IMG/VR virus record: IMGVR_UViG_3300042894_003945
Span: 72,879-136,878 of that record
Source of the DNA: a virus
Length of the DNA stretch: 64,000 bases
Strand: one strand, 5' to 3'
The first letter of the stretch is position 1; every line of letters begins with the position of its first letter. Below, piece by piece: positions 48,267 to 58,264 of the stretch. The notes beneath the pieces were generated by a model. It did not search any database. It was not told the origin of the DNA and worked only from the letters and a program-made list of their open reading frames with translations. Made by a program: the position numbers and the translations under genes.

Positions 48267-49366
48267 TATTCAGTTACTTTAAAAAAGTATTGATCATCAA
48301 AAATTAATGTAGAACCGCTTATTATTGTTTTAATAAGAATTTTATAATACCTCTCAGGCTCTAATCCATACATGTATACATCAAAATAATTACCTTGTAA
48401 ATCTGCACTTATTTTAGTAAAATTATTATCAAAATCAACTACTGTAACGTCACCTTTTACATCTTTTATTGAATAATAAGAACTTGAAGGTATATATTTT
48501 TGTGTATTATATATTGAAGAGGTAGCATAAGTTCTAACTGGAAACTGATCTCTTACGTTCAATCGGAACCTATGTACTTCGTATTGATTAAACTCTCCCT
48601 TATTATTAGCTAAAGAAACTCTAATATCTTGAGAAGAAACTCCTGTTATATTAGATCCTGATATTAAGTATCTAGAATCATCCCATTTAAATTCTAATAC
48701 AGGGGGGTATATAGTGTTTGTATCTCTTCCAAAATAACAAAGCTTAAATACGTAATTAGGATCAAACTCTAAAGATCCTGATAATTTTAAAATGAATCCT
48801 TGATTACTTATAGAAGATGATAGCATAGCTCTAACAGCAGGAGATACGTCTACGTTTATATCTTTATTTACATACACTCCAAAAGACTGTAAAAACTCGT
48901 ACCCCGTGTACCAAGTACCTCCCCCCTTATTTGGTGGAGTGAATGAAGCAGTGACTCCTGGGGAAAAGCTTGAGGTTCGCCATGCAGAGGACCCGCTTGG
49001 TCCCATAAATTTCCAACTGGCCCCATCTGTTGGAATAGGAGAATCTCCAAACTTGCCAGTTCCCATATCCCAAGATCCGGAAATTGCAAAAACTTGAACT
49101 GTAAAATCAGAGGGAAGTCCAGTAGCATCTGCTAAATATATTTTTAAACTACTACTAAAGGACGCTGTTCTAATATAGTTAGTAATTACATCAGACATAT
49201 CTGTGTCTGAAAACTTTATCAAAGACCTTGCTGCACTGGATTGTGTTTCGTAGAGGAGGCTATTATTCTTAGTCATCTCTAATATTGGATCTAAACCAGT
49301 ATTGAGTGTCTGATAGTCAGAGTATAATGTTGTGTCTTTCTCAGCGAATATTTTATATACTGCCAT
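48266..49366 (-). CDS. Virion structural protein (DNRLRE-like N-terminal domain)
   Basis: KDTTLYS, RSLIKF, W..GTG, N.GFILK, YPP.LE.KWDD. Confidence 0.6.
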   Translation of the reverse strand: MAVYKIFAEKDTTLYSDYQTLNTGLDPILEMTKNNSLLYETQSSAARSLIKFSDTDMSDVITNYIRTASFSSSLKIYLADATGLPSDFTVQVFAISGSWDMGTGKFGDSPIPTDGASWKFMGPSGSSAWRTSSFSPGVTASFTPPNKGGGTWYTGYEFLQSFGVYVNKDINVDVSPAVRAMLSSSISNQGFILKLSGSLEFDPNYVFKLCYFGRDTNTIYPPVLEFKWDDSRYLISGSNITGVSSQDIRVSLANNKGEFNQYEVHRFRLNVRDQFPVRTYATSSIYNTQKYIPSSSYYSIKDVKGDVTVVDFDNNFTKISADLQGNYFDVYMYGLEPERYYKILIKTIISGSTLIFDDQYFFKVTE

Positions 49367-49376
49367 TTTTTATTTC

Positions 49377-51272
49377 TTAATAAGTTAATACTCTTCCGTA
49401 TATGTCTGAATTAGGGTATCTAACTTCGAATATAGATGGGTCTAAACTTGGGTATATTATATTATTTTTAGTTGCTCCTTTAATATCGTACCCGTATTGA
49501 GAATATCCATTAGCTACTCCATACTTATTTACCACTTCTATTTTTACAACACTCTGAACGCCTTTTATATTTCCACAACTTAGTACGTTATACAAGTCTG
49601 ATAAAAGTATAGGCTGATTTATTTGCCACTTATCTATGTTAAAATAGTCCCTTAAAGAACTTAAACAATCATTTAAAACTTCTCTGCTATTATAGGCAGG
49701 TAATACTATAATATCAAAATTTATACCTATGTTAATATAGTAAGCATTTTTAATATTTATAGCATCTGTTAATATCTTATATTGAGATATGTAAGTCTTT
49801 AGGTTTTCTTTTACTGCTGGAGATGCTTCTGTTAATCTTTTATTAGCATCGTAAGAAAGTACATACATACTCAACTCTAAAGGATTGTCTTCTATAAAAT
49901 CGGTTGCACTGTCTATTTCTTTTAAGGATAAGTCCTGTGTTACATAAGCTTTTGATATGCTACCATATTTAGGAGGCAGACTTAGAGCTCTTATTATATG
50001 ATCCTCTTTTGTTACGTTTCTTAACTGTGTAGGGAATGATGCTATAGTTCTCTGTCTTATATCTTCTACACTATCTCCTTCACCTCCTCCAGAAGAAGGC
50101 AACTCATTGTTAAAAGACAAAGTCCTTCGTATATAGGAAAGCAATCCTTGATTTAAACTTGTAGGATTTAAAGACACAGGAGTAGAGGTAACCTCATATA
50201 TCTGGGAAATATCATTAGACGGGACGTTTGTTTGTGCCCCTCCTCCTATCATATATCTTACTGTTAATGTTGTGTTACTCGGTGCTAATCCATATTCTTT
50301 AGTGTAGATAAAGTTAGATGGATCATAAGCTGTAAACATCCTATCTACAGAAGTTGGATTTCCTATACCCACATTATTAGGGTTTGGTATAATAGTAGAA
50401 TCATTAGAGCTTACTATTCCTGATCCAAATTCTAATACTAATTCATTTTTTTCATTATATCTAGATACAAATCTTCTATTTACTGTTATAAGTTTTAGTA
50501 AATAAGGTGCTGAATTATTATATTGAGATAGTGTTGGATCATTAGCTGCATTATTTAAAACATCTTGAAATATAGTATTTTGAGCTAAGTAGGGAACTTC
50601 ATACCATTTATTACCATCACTATCTATTACGTCAAGTATCTGAATTATATTTGTATCTGGTAAAGTTACTGTGTCAAATTTTACAGCTTGTCCAAAAGTA
50701 AAATCTTGAGATTTTATAGTACCTGCTATAGCTTTTACTTTCTTCTTTAATAGGTAATATTCAGGCTGATTAGTGGTATTGTTTATTTGAAAAACGCTTA
50801 CTTCTGTAGGATCTGCTGATGATGAGAAGCTAAAATCTACCGAATCTTGTGTTACAAAAACAGTATCAGAATTAGTAGAAGATTTTATTTTTGCTTCTTT
50901 ATCAACAACTAAACAATATGAGTAGTCTGGGTTAGCTATATTAGACGCTATTATAGCAGGCACTTGTTGAAATACACTGAGTTCGGCTATAGCGGTGCTT
51001 ACTACTTTAGGCCTGTAACCTAAAGAGTATGCCATGGATATTAAATTTTGTTTATCTTGGGCGTACAGGAGTAAATTTTCTTGGGTCTGTTTATCCACAT
51101 AAAAAGACAGAACATCTCCAACATAGGATGCCATTTCAATAAACATATTTCCAGGAGTAGCCTCTGTAAAGTCGTTATAAACCTCAGGAAAATAGTTTTT
51201 GGCATACTCTATGAGAGATTCTTTAAAACTGCTAAAGTCTTTGTTAATATATTTTATGTCTCTCTGTGCCAT
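49377..51272 (-). CDS. Baseplate wedge subunit (gp6-like)
   Basis: DF...K..L......YFP..Y.DF, SYVGDVLSFY.D, LEFG.G, GG...DS.E.IR, Q.R.VT.ED. Confidence 0.85.
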   Translation of the reverse strand: MAQRDIKYINKDFSSFKESLIEYAKNYFPEVYNDFTEATPGNMFIEMASYVGDVLSFYVDKQTQENLLLYAQDKQNLISMAYSLGYRPKVVSTAIAELSVFQQVPAIIASNIANPDYSYCLVVDKEAKIKSSTNSDTVFVTQDSVDFSFSSSADPTEVSVFQINNTTNQPEYYLLKKKVKAIAGTIKSQDFTFGQAVKFDTVTLPDTNIIQILDVIDSDGNKWYEVPYLAQNTIFQDVLNNAANDPTLSQYNNSAPYLLKLITVNRRFVSRYNEKNELVLEFGSGIVSSNDSTIIPNPNNVGIGNPTSVDRMFTAYDPSNFIYTKEYGLAPSNTTLTVRYMIGGGAQTNVPSNDISQIYEVTSTPVSLNPTSLNQGLLSYIRRTLSFNNELPSSGGGEGDSVEDIRQRTIASFPTQLRNVTKEDHIIRALSLPPKYGSISKAYVTQDLSLKEIDSATDFIEDNPLELSMYVLSYDANKRLTEASPAVKENLKTYISQYKILTDAINIKNAYYINIGINFDIIVLPAYNSREVLNDCLSSLRDYFNIDKWQINQPILLSDLYNVLSCGNIKGVQSVVKIEVVNKYGVANGYSQYGYDIKGATKNNIIYPSLDPSIFEVRYPNSDIYGRVLTY

Positions 51273-51670
51273 TAGGTTATTTGTATTAATATAGAGTCAG
51301 CATTATTATTTATCGAATAATTAAGCTTTATGTTTAAAAGATTTCTATCATAATCAGGAGAAAAGTCTAAAGCATTAACTGTTATCATAGGAAAATAAAT
51401 TCCAAGATTGCTTAGTAAAATGTCTCTTGCATCCGTAAAATCAGAAAGTTGATCGAAAAGAAGCTTTCTTAAATCAGCTCCAAACTCAGGATTAAACACC
51501 CTCTCTCCTTTATTGGTAAGCAGGTAGTTTGTCAAGTTACTTTTTATCTGATCTTTTGTTGTGTAGTTAGTAGTGAATACGTTAAAATCGTTGAATGGTA
51601 ATCTTATACCTATCCCCCTATTAGGGTTCCTATCGGAAGCAGTCGTTGTATATGTTACCCTTCTCCTCAT
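51272..51670 (-). CDS. gp25: Baseplate wedge subunit (gp25-like)
   Basis: IK.NL.N.LLT.KGER.FNP.FG..L..LLF. Confidence 0.9.
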   Translation of the reverse strand: MRRRVTYTTTASDRNPNRGIGIRLPFNDFNVFTTNYTTKDQIKSNLTNYLLTNKGERVFNPEFGADLRKLLFDQLSDFTDARDILLSNLGIYFPMITVNALDFSPDYDRNLLNIKLNYSINNNADSILIQIT

Positions 51671-51671
51671 G

Positions 51672-52052
51672 TTATCCTACTCTATTTTTAAGTTCTTTCC
51701 AAGCTATTGAGTCTTTTTTCATGAAAGGTATAGGTGCGTCTATGTTTGGCAAAGCCCCATTTGTAGACATTTGCATTGCCGCCTCTTCAGACATTCTAGG
51801 TATCTGCGCTGGTCTTTGGAAATCCGAACCTACTGCTTCTCTAAGCTTTGCCTTAAATTCATCAGGAGATTGTATTACTTGCTGGGTTGATACGCCCCTT
51901 CCTTCTTTTATAGACTTGGCTAAAAGCATTTTAACTTCTTTTAAGTCTTTTTTGAAAGAAGTCTCCATTTCTTCCTTAATTGCTTCTTTTACAGCAGATT
52001 TTACAGCCTCTTTCATAAGCTCCTTAAAGAGGATTAATTCATCTTGTGTCAT
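51672..52052 (-). CDS. Hypothetical protein
   Basis: KE.MKEAVK.AVKEAIKEE repeats; late motif upstream. Confidence 0.65.
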   Translation of the reverse strand: MTQDELILFKELMKEAVKSAVKEAIKEEMETSFKKDLKEVKMLLAKSIKEGRGVSTQQVIQSPDEFKAKLREAVGSDFQRPAQIPRMSEEAAMQMSTNGALPNIDAPIPFMKKDSIAWKELKNRVG

Positions 52053-52077
52053 ATTAATAAATATTTAAGTGGGGAAT

Positions 52078-53052
52078 TTATGTTTGGTTTAAAATAGCCT
52101 TTATCTCATCTAATAATTGTTCTGAGGTAGAAAAGTAACTGGGAGCCGTTTGTGCCTTTATCATTCCGGAACTTTTATCGTAAGCACGTCCTATTATTTG
52201 CTTACTATCGTATTTTTCTACCTTAAGTATATACTGGTTTAGGTTTTGGTCGGTAAAATCCTCGGAATCCGTTTTTTCTCCTGGGACTCCAAATAGTTCG
52301 TCAGCAAGCATTTCCTCTGCTGTATTTTCATCTATGAAGCTGCCTTTGTTGGCTTCGTCATCTATTTTTATGGAAACTTGTAAATTTCTGAATCTTTCTA
52401 TTAGCCTAGTTACAACTTCTTTATTTTGGGCTAATTCCCTACCTATTACCTTTAGATACTCTTTTACTATTTCTTTTAAAAATATAAGTTTTATCCCTTT
52501 TTTTAAAACCACAAAAATAGGTCCGCTAACAGGGTTGGCAGATAATATTAATTCTTGAACGTCTAATATTGTCTTAAAAGTTTCTATTGCGTCTCTTATT
52601 GTTGATAAAGAGCTTATAGTGGTTCTAAGAATGGTCAGAGTGTTTTGTATTGATGCTATTTTTGTTTCTACAGACGCCTTTATCTCTGTTGCTTTTTGAA
52701 GATCAGCTCTAGTTACAGTTATCACTAAGGTATTGCCTTGAAGGGTAACTCGGCCTTTAGAGTCTACTTTTTTAACAGAATCTTTTACTAGCTGATCTAC
52801 CTTCTTTTCTACATTTAGAATTAATGAATTTATTTTATTTAATGTCTTTGTTATGACAAAGCCAAAAGGATCTTGAACAGCTCCGCTTACATCATCTACT
52901 ATTCCCGTTACTCTATCTTGAGCTTCCTGTGCTTTTTGTCTAGCCGCATTGGCTTTTTCTCTAGCAACGTTTATAGTATCGTCTACTTTCTTAGTGGCCC
53001 CTTCTGTTATGGAGCTTACTTTAGAGTCTATATTTGAAGTGCTTAGAGCCAT
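52078..53052 (-). CDS. Hypothetical coiled-coil protein in the baseplate cluster
   Basis: 324-aa ORF coupled to the gp5-like genes. Confidence 0.6.
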   Translation of the reverse strand: MALSTSNIDSKVSSITEGATKKVDDTINVAREKANAARQKAQEAQDRVTGIVDDVSGAVQDPFGFVITKTLNKINSLILNVEKKVDQLVKDSVKKVDSKGRVTLQGNTLVITVTRADLQKATEIKASVETKIASIQNTLTILRTTISSLSTIRDAIETFKTILDVQELILSANPVSGPIFVVLKKGIKLIFLKEIVKEYLKVIGRELAQNKEVVTRLIERFRNLQVSIKIDDEANKGSFIDENTAEEMLADELFGVPGEKTDSEDFTDQNLNQYILKVEKYDSKQIIGRAYDKSSGMIKAQTAPSYFSTSEQLLDEIKAILNQT

Positions 53053-53519
53053 TATATTGTTTTAGATATTTTAGACCTTATTGGAGAGTCCTGCTGAGTA
53101 TATTTTGTTTTATAAAATCCTAGTTTACCTTTTAAAGTAGCAGCAGCAACATTTATATTTGGAATACCGGAAACCCCTACTCCTAGAGCATTAGATTTAG
53201 ATAAACTAGCAGAAAAAGCATCTAAAGCGCCTATGATATCTGTTATAAAAGCTATAACAGATTCTGCTTTTGCTATAGGCTCATTAAATCCATTTTCCGG
53301 CAGTCCTAGTTGTATGCTTGGGGCATTTATTACAAACTTATTATCTTGATTTGTAGAACCTCGTAATCCTATATCAAAGTGAACAGATTCCACAGCTGAT
53401 ATTCCAACTGTCTTTTTGGACAATACAAAAACAGAATCATCCTTACTGTTAAGAATTACTCTATCAGAATTAAGGATTACTGTGTCCTTCTCAAAGTTAT
53501 TAAAGTCTATGAATCCCAT
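53052..53519 (-). CDS. Baseplate spike C-terminal-like protein
   Basis: ILNSDRVILNSK beta-repeats, I.LG....EP, SK.SKT terminus. Confidence 0.55.
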   Translation of the reverse strand: MGFIDFNNFEKDTVILNSDRVILNSKDDSVFVLSKKTVGISAVESVHFDIGLRGSTNQDNKFVINAPSIQLGLPENGFNEPIAKAESVIAFITDIIGALDAFSASLSKSNALGVGVSGIPNINVAAATLKGKLGFYKTKYTQQDSPIRSKISKTI

Positions 53520-53522
53520 TAT

Positions 53523-55139
53523 TTAAAAAAGAGTGTCTACAAATCTTTTAAAAGATGCCACTGTTATTTTAAGTCCTTTATTTATTAAAGGATTTGATAA
53601 CCCTATTTCAACAGCTCTATCGTCACTAATCTCACTACCTAATACAAAACTATCAGGTTTTACTATCTTACCTTTACTAGCCAAAATAGGATAAAATATT
53701 CCTGCGTAAAGAGAATATCTATCTGCATTCATAAATTGACTCTTGTTACAAGCAAAATATTTTTTCATTAATCCAACTTGATACTCATAAGAAGTTCCTA
53801 ATATTTGATCTAAAGAGCTTAATCCAATACATTTTAGGGCAGGCTTAGTAAATTGTATCAACCCCACAGCAGCAAGTGAATATCCGGGAGTTGGTACGGT
53901 TCTGTATTTTTTTCCAGGACCTTTATTATCTTTATTTTTTCTGTATAAAACCGCTTTTTCGTAAAGACCAGTACTTTCCATTCTTATAAAAGTAAGTAAG
54001 TCTTTATAATTAATATTGTATTGAGTAGCTAAATCTTTTATTAGGTTTTTAAACTTTGCATTACCTCCGGTACTGACAGTATTATTTTTTGAAACTTCTT
54101 CGTCTTTTGATATAGCGGAGGCGGTATCAACTTCTCCTGATGTTCCTAGTGCTACTGGTACTTCTTCAAAATTTAATCCTATAACCAAAAGATCTTCTCT
54201 TTCTGGCAACTGTTCTTCATCTGTTTCTACTATTGATTGCATACTAGCGGATACTGGTGTAGAAACTACTTTTTGTTCCACAGGTGTGTCTTTCTCTATA
54301 GGCTTCTGATCTTCTTGTTTTAAGGATTCTTGAGGTTGCGCTTTAGGTTGTTGATCAGTTACTACCATGTTGTTTTTATCTGGTATGGTAACAGTTGTAT
54401 TGTATGAATCAAAGTTAGCAGATGCCGGCTGAAAACTAACATTGTGCCCTGACATCATCATTAGGGTAGATCCGTCATCGTTTATACTTTCGAATCTTGC
54501 TGATGCATCTGCTGTTTTAGCTTGGTTATTGGATATAACAAATATAGGATTATTTTTTTTAGCTACCCAAGGAGTTCTAAATCCTTCCATATTAGAGCCA
54601 AATCTAATAGAATTTCCTCTCCTACCTTCTATCGTTATATCTCCGGGAGCTTTTATTAATCTTTTTATTTCACCAGATGGGTTGTACTTACCAGTAACGT
54701 ACTTTTCATTTGGATTTAACTTTAAATATGACTCATCAGGAGCTGCGTTTTCTTCAGGAGCGTTAAATAATGATACAATATCAGTATAATACACTTCTGG
54801 CTTATAGTTGTCGAAGCTGTTTTGAGCTTGTTTGCTTACAAATACTTTTAAAACCACTATCTCGTTTACTAGTGGGTATCTAGTTATGTTACTGCTTATT
54901 GGTCTAGCTATTACGGGATCGGATTCAGGATTATTAAAATTTATAAATGGCCTACACTCAATGGTTCCTATTGCCTTCCATCCTCCTAAATTAGTAAACT
55001 TCTCTTTATTGCTATCATCAAGAAGGACATAGCTTACCCTAGCCATTACTAAATCGAAAGTAGACTTCTTACTAGCAAAATCTACTGCCGCATTCATTGA
55101 TGACCCTAAAGAAAACGATATTACGTTTGGACTTGACAT
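53523..55139 (-). CDS. Baseplate hub (gp5-like) with C-terminal lytic transglycosylase-like domain
   Basis: YPLVNE.V and GD..IEGR.GNSIRFGS; C-terminal I.MES...A.GLIQF. Confidence 0.7.
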   Translation of the reverse strand: MSSPNVISFSLGSSMNAAVDFASKKSTFDLVMARVSYVLLDDSNKEKFTNLGGWKAIGTIECRPFINFNNPESDPVIARPISSNITRYPLVNEIVVLKVFVSKQAQNSFDNYKPEVYYTDIVSLFNAPEENAAPDESYLKLNPNEKYVTGKYNPSGEIKRLIKAPGDITIEGRRGNSIRFGSNMEGFRTPWVAKKNNPIFVISNNQAKTADASARFESINDDGSTLMMMSGHNVSFQPASANFDSYNTTVTIPDKNNMVVTDQQPKAQPQESLKQEDQKPIEKDTPVEQKVVSTPVSASMQSIVETDEEQLPEREDLLVIGLNFEEVPVALGTSGEVDTASAISKDEEVSKNNTVSTGGNAKFKNLIKDLATQYNINYKDLLTFIRMESTGLYEKAVLYRKNKDNKGPGKKYRTVPTPGYSLAAVGLIQFTKPALKCIGLSSLDQILGTSYEYQVGLMKKYFACNKSQFMNADRYSLYAGIFYPILASKGKIVKPDSFVLGSEISDDRAVEIGLSNPLINKGLKITVASFKRFVDTLF

Positions 55140-55507
55140 TAAGCTGTTGGCATATTTTGATTTGTTATTGCCTTTTTCTCCGCAACAGTTTCTTGGGCTA
55201 ACCTTAACAATTCCTCTTTCTCACTATCAGGTAAAAGGTAATCTCCAGTTTCTTTTCCTCTTACCATAGCCTTTTGGACTATAGCAAGCATCTTTATAAG
55301 AACATCATCGTTCTTTAGATTCAAATCCATATAGCTGGCTATCAAAGGTACCATCATTACAGCATCCCCCGTATTCTGAATCAACTCCCTTAGCTGTTCT
55401 ATCATGTCAGTTATTTGTCGTTCCTTGTTGCTAGAACGATCGTAAACTTCTTTAAGTAGGTCGGAGAATTTTTTCTTACCAAACACTACTTGATCGAAAT
55501 CAGACAT
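55139..55507 (-). CDS. Hypothetical helical protein (possible small terminase)
   Basis: 122 aa, all-helical; late motif upstream; function inferred only. Confidence 0.5.
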   Translation of the reverse strand: MSDFDQVVFGKKKFSDLLKEVYDRSSNKERQITDMIEQLRELIQNTGDAVMMVPLIASYMDLNLKNDDVLIKMLAIVQKAMVRGKETGDYLLPDSEKEELLRLAQETVAEKKAITNQNMPTA

Positions 55508-55518
55508 ATTTATCCTTT

Positions 55519-56307
55519 TTAATAAATATAATTTTCGTCAGTTTCCAGTTCTCCTTCTAGGTACAAAACTGTAAGCTGCTTTTTATATTCAGATTTTAAA
55601 ATTTTTATGACTTTTGTGACATTAGCCGTATTCTGGCCAGTTATCTCCCTTACGTACAGGTAAAAGTGTTGTTTATTAAAGACTTCTAAATTTTCCCTTC
55701 TTCTAAATATTTGTAATACTGCGTATGCAATTGACTTGTCAATCTCCAAAGAAAAGAGATTATCTATGTTCTCGTCAATGTATTTAACGTAGGAATCTAT
55801 AAAGGTAGACAGGTCTACATTATCGTTTTCTCTTATCAACTCCGTGTAAACTTTCTTATCCTCATCTACCTCTTCCATATCCCCCCTTATCTTCATTTGC
55901 TTATAATTATTTTCATTATAAACAATTAAGTACCTTTTTGCTATAGTACCAAAATAAGAGAATGCCTTGCCTTTGTCTGGATTGTAATGATGTAGTTTGT
56001 CTAATAAAAAAGTCACAACCTCATGTTTTAGGTCTTCTACATTAGTCATTTCTGTGTAGTAAAACTTAAAGGTGTGAATTATAAACTCTGCGAGCTTGTG
56101 GAAGCTATAATCTATTTTCTGATTGAATAGCCTATTTCTTTCTTCTCGATCTTCTGATTTTAAGTAAGCTACTATAGCATCTTCGGTGTCTTTAGTAAAA
56201 TACTCTCTAGATTTCTTTTGTTTCCTTTTTCTTAACTTACCTGATTTCGTATAAATTTCTGGGTCTAAATAGACCGCTTCCTTCTGGACCTTTTTCCTCG
56301 GCATCAA
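55519..56307 (-). CDS. Late-transcription sigma factor (gp55-like)
   Basis: YF.......AI..Y, KLAE.II, DL..E, Y.P.KG.AFSYF..I resemble sigma region 2/gp55. Confidence 0.7.
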   Translation of the reverse strand: MMPRKKVQKEAVYLDPEIYTKSGKLRKRKQKKSREYFTKDTEDAIVAYLKSEDREERNRLFNQKIDYSFHKLAEFIIHTFKFYYTEMTNVEDLKHEVVTFLLDKLHHYNPDKGKAFSYFGTIAKRYLIVYNENNYKQMKIRGDMEEVDEDKKVYTELIRENDNVDLSTFIDSYVKYIDENIDNLFSLEIDKSIAYAVLQIFRRRENLEVFNKQHFYLYVREITGQNTANVTKVIKILKSEYKKQLTVLYLEGELETDENYIY

Positions 56308-56345
56308 AGAATGTTATTTCGTTATTGAATAACATAACCTTTATT

Positions 56346-56624
56346 TTATTTTGTATAGTTTTTGAAATAGGCATCTAAGGTAACGATTATATTTTTTAAA
56401 TTAGCAAAAAAATGTCCAGTTTCATCATCAGACTCAAAAGCTTCTAAAGAGTCAAGCTCTTTTAACTTTTTGTAAGACTGATCAGATAAGCTCTTTACGC
56501 TTTTTAAAAACTCATCTTTAGTCTGGATATCTTCTTCGTATTGTTCTACTTTCTTAAGTAAGTTATAAATCACATAACCAGATATTAACAAAAGTAAAAC
56601 AAGAAAGGATAGTATGTACCACAT
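56346..56624 (-). CDS. Membrane-anchored coiled-coil protein
   Basis: N-terminal TM segment; F.SDDE.G.FF. Confidence 0.65.
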   Translation of the reverse strand: MWYILSFLVLLLLISGYVIYNLLKKVEQYEEDIQTKDEFLKSVKSLSDQSYKKLKELDSLEAFESDDETGHFFANLKNIIVTLDAYFKNYTK

Positions 56625-56627
56625 AAG

Positions 56628-57254
56628 TTATTTTTTTTCTTCTGATTTTGCAGCTATCATATCAGCCTGATGTAGCACATGAGGTAGATATGTTTTTAAA
56701 GCATACTCCTCACTGTACGATATAAAGTAAGCTTTATTAGAATCTTCGTAAAGACCATCGTGAAGCTTAATGGACAAATATTCTTTTTCACTTATAACAA
56801 TACCTCTCCTTTGTAAATTCATTAAAGACCTTTCAGCAACTTTCATATACTGTAGTCTTGGGTTCATCACATACATCTGCCCTTTCTTCACCATCCAAGC
56901 CTCTCCACAAGGAACATAGTAATCCTCTTCTTCAGTTCCTATTTTTCCTAGATCATGGCAGATCGCAGAAAAATACATTTCTTCTTGAGTAAAATCTAAA
57001 TTAACTCCCATCTTCCTCCAAGAATCAGATACAAGCCCTATTGCCTTTACTACATTAAGAACATGTAGAACGTAGCCTCCGGCAAAAGCATTGTGATAAT
57101 TAACTTTCATTGAAGCAGGAGCTACTGCCATTCTAGCTGCCCAGTCTTCATGTAACTGAAGTAATTTATCTTTTCTTTCTCCTGTTATCTTTGCTTCGAT
57201 AACTTTAACAAGAACTTCATAATTTTCTTGTAACTGATCTGCTGTTAGTGTCAT
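56628..57254 (-). CDS. HD-domain phosphohydrolase
   Basis: APAS...H.A..GG...H, HDLGK, I..HDG, ..AD. Confidence 0.85.
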   Translation of the reverse strand: MTLTADQLQENYEVLVKVIEAKITGERKDKLLQLHEDWAARMAVAPASMKVNYHNAFAGGYVLHVLNVVKAIGLVSDSWRKMGVNLDFTQEEMYFSAICHDLGKIGTEEEDYYVPCGEAWMVKKGQMYVMNPRLQYMKVAERSLMNLQRRGIVISEKEYLSIKLHDGLYEDSNKAYFISYSEEYALKTYLPHVLHQADMIAAKSEEKK

Positions 57255-57271
57255 AACCTTTTATTTTTAAA

Positions 57272-57472
57272 TTAGAGGCCAGAATAAGGCCTATTTAAGA
57301 ACTCTTCTGCTTCACTTGATATAACATCCTCAAGTTTTTCTATCATGTCGTAAAGAGTCTCAAATTGATTTTCCATTTGATCGTGATCGCATCTATATGC
57401 ACTAGACTTTACGTTAGACAGATAATTTTTTATCTGATCTATTTTGTTAAGAGCATTTGCTTTATTTACCAT
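57272..57472 (-). CDS. Hypothetical protein
   Basis: 66-aa ORF with ATATTTAT motifs upstream. Confidence 0.55.
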   Translation of the reverse strand: MVNKANALNKIDQIKNYLSNVKSSAYRCDHDQMENQFETLYDMIEKLEDVISSEAEEFLNRPYSGL

Positions 57473-57660
57473 AATAATATTAATTTAGTTATTAGTATAC
57501 TATATAAATATATTATATTAGTATATAAGTATATAAATATATTTAGTTAGTTGTTAGTTAGATATTAGTTAGCGCGGGTACCGCGTTAGCTCTGCCCCGT
57601 AAACGGGGGTATATATATAATGGAAGCCATTACAAATTTAATTTGATTTATAATACAAAC
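57473..57660. other. AT-rich divergent intergenic region with TTAGT repeats and two GC hairpins (origin candidate)
   Basis: Strand switch; repeated TTAG(T); CGCGG-GTA-CCGCG at 57573-57585; CCCCG-TAAA-CGGGG at 57595-57608. Confidence 0.4.
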
Positions 57661-57687
57661 CAAATTATTTTTACAAAAAATATCAAC

Positions 57688-58260
57688 ATGTTAATAGATT
57701 TTTCCAAATTAGAAAACACAGGAATTAAAAAACCTTCTTATAAAAAGAAAAAATCAGCCAAAAATATAGCAAAATCTGATAATCAGATAACATCTAAGGA
57801 CATAGTTAGAGCCCTAAGATTGTTATTTCTTAATCATAAGTACTTGATTAACAATGCTTATATCTTTGATTGGGAGAGTGATTTCTTTTCTGTTACTGAA
57901 AGCGGATATGTATATGAGGTAGAAATTAAGATATCTAGAGGAGATTTCAAAGATGATTTTAATAAAACACAAAAACACATGCTTTTAGAGTCAGTAGAAG
58001 ATCAAAGTAATGTAAAAAAGCCTAATAAATTCTTCTATGCAGCTCCAAAAGGATTGCTAAATACTATAGAAATTCCTAAGTATGCAGGCCTAATTGAGTT
58101 ACCAAATGTAGGCGAAATGCCCGTTATTTCAAAAAATGCACCTTTTTTACATAGAGAAAATTCACTAAATTTGCTAAAAGATACACTTTTGGATAAATTC
58201 TACTACAGATATAGAGATTTTATAGTGAAAGAGGAGACAGAATATTTAAAAAATTCTTAA
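57688..58260 (+). CDS. PD-(D/E)XK nuclease, MmcB-like
   Basis: E.D......G...EVEIKISR.DF..D and PNKFFYA.P; start moved to ATG 57688. Confidence 0.7.
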   Translation: MLIDFSKLENTGIKKPSYKKKKSAKNIAKSDNQITSKDIVRALRLLFLNHKYLINNAYIFDWESDFFSVTESGYVYEVEIKISRGDFKDDFNKTQKHMLLESVEDQSNVKKPNKFFYAAPKGLLNTIEIPKYAGLIELPNVGEMPVISKNAPFLHRENSLNLLKDTLLDKFYYRYRDFIVKEETEYLKNS

Positions 58261-58264
58261 AAAT

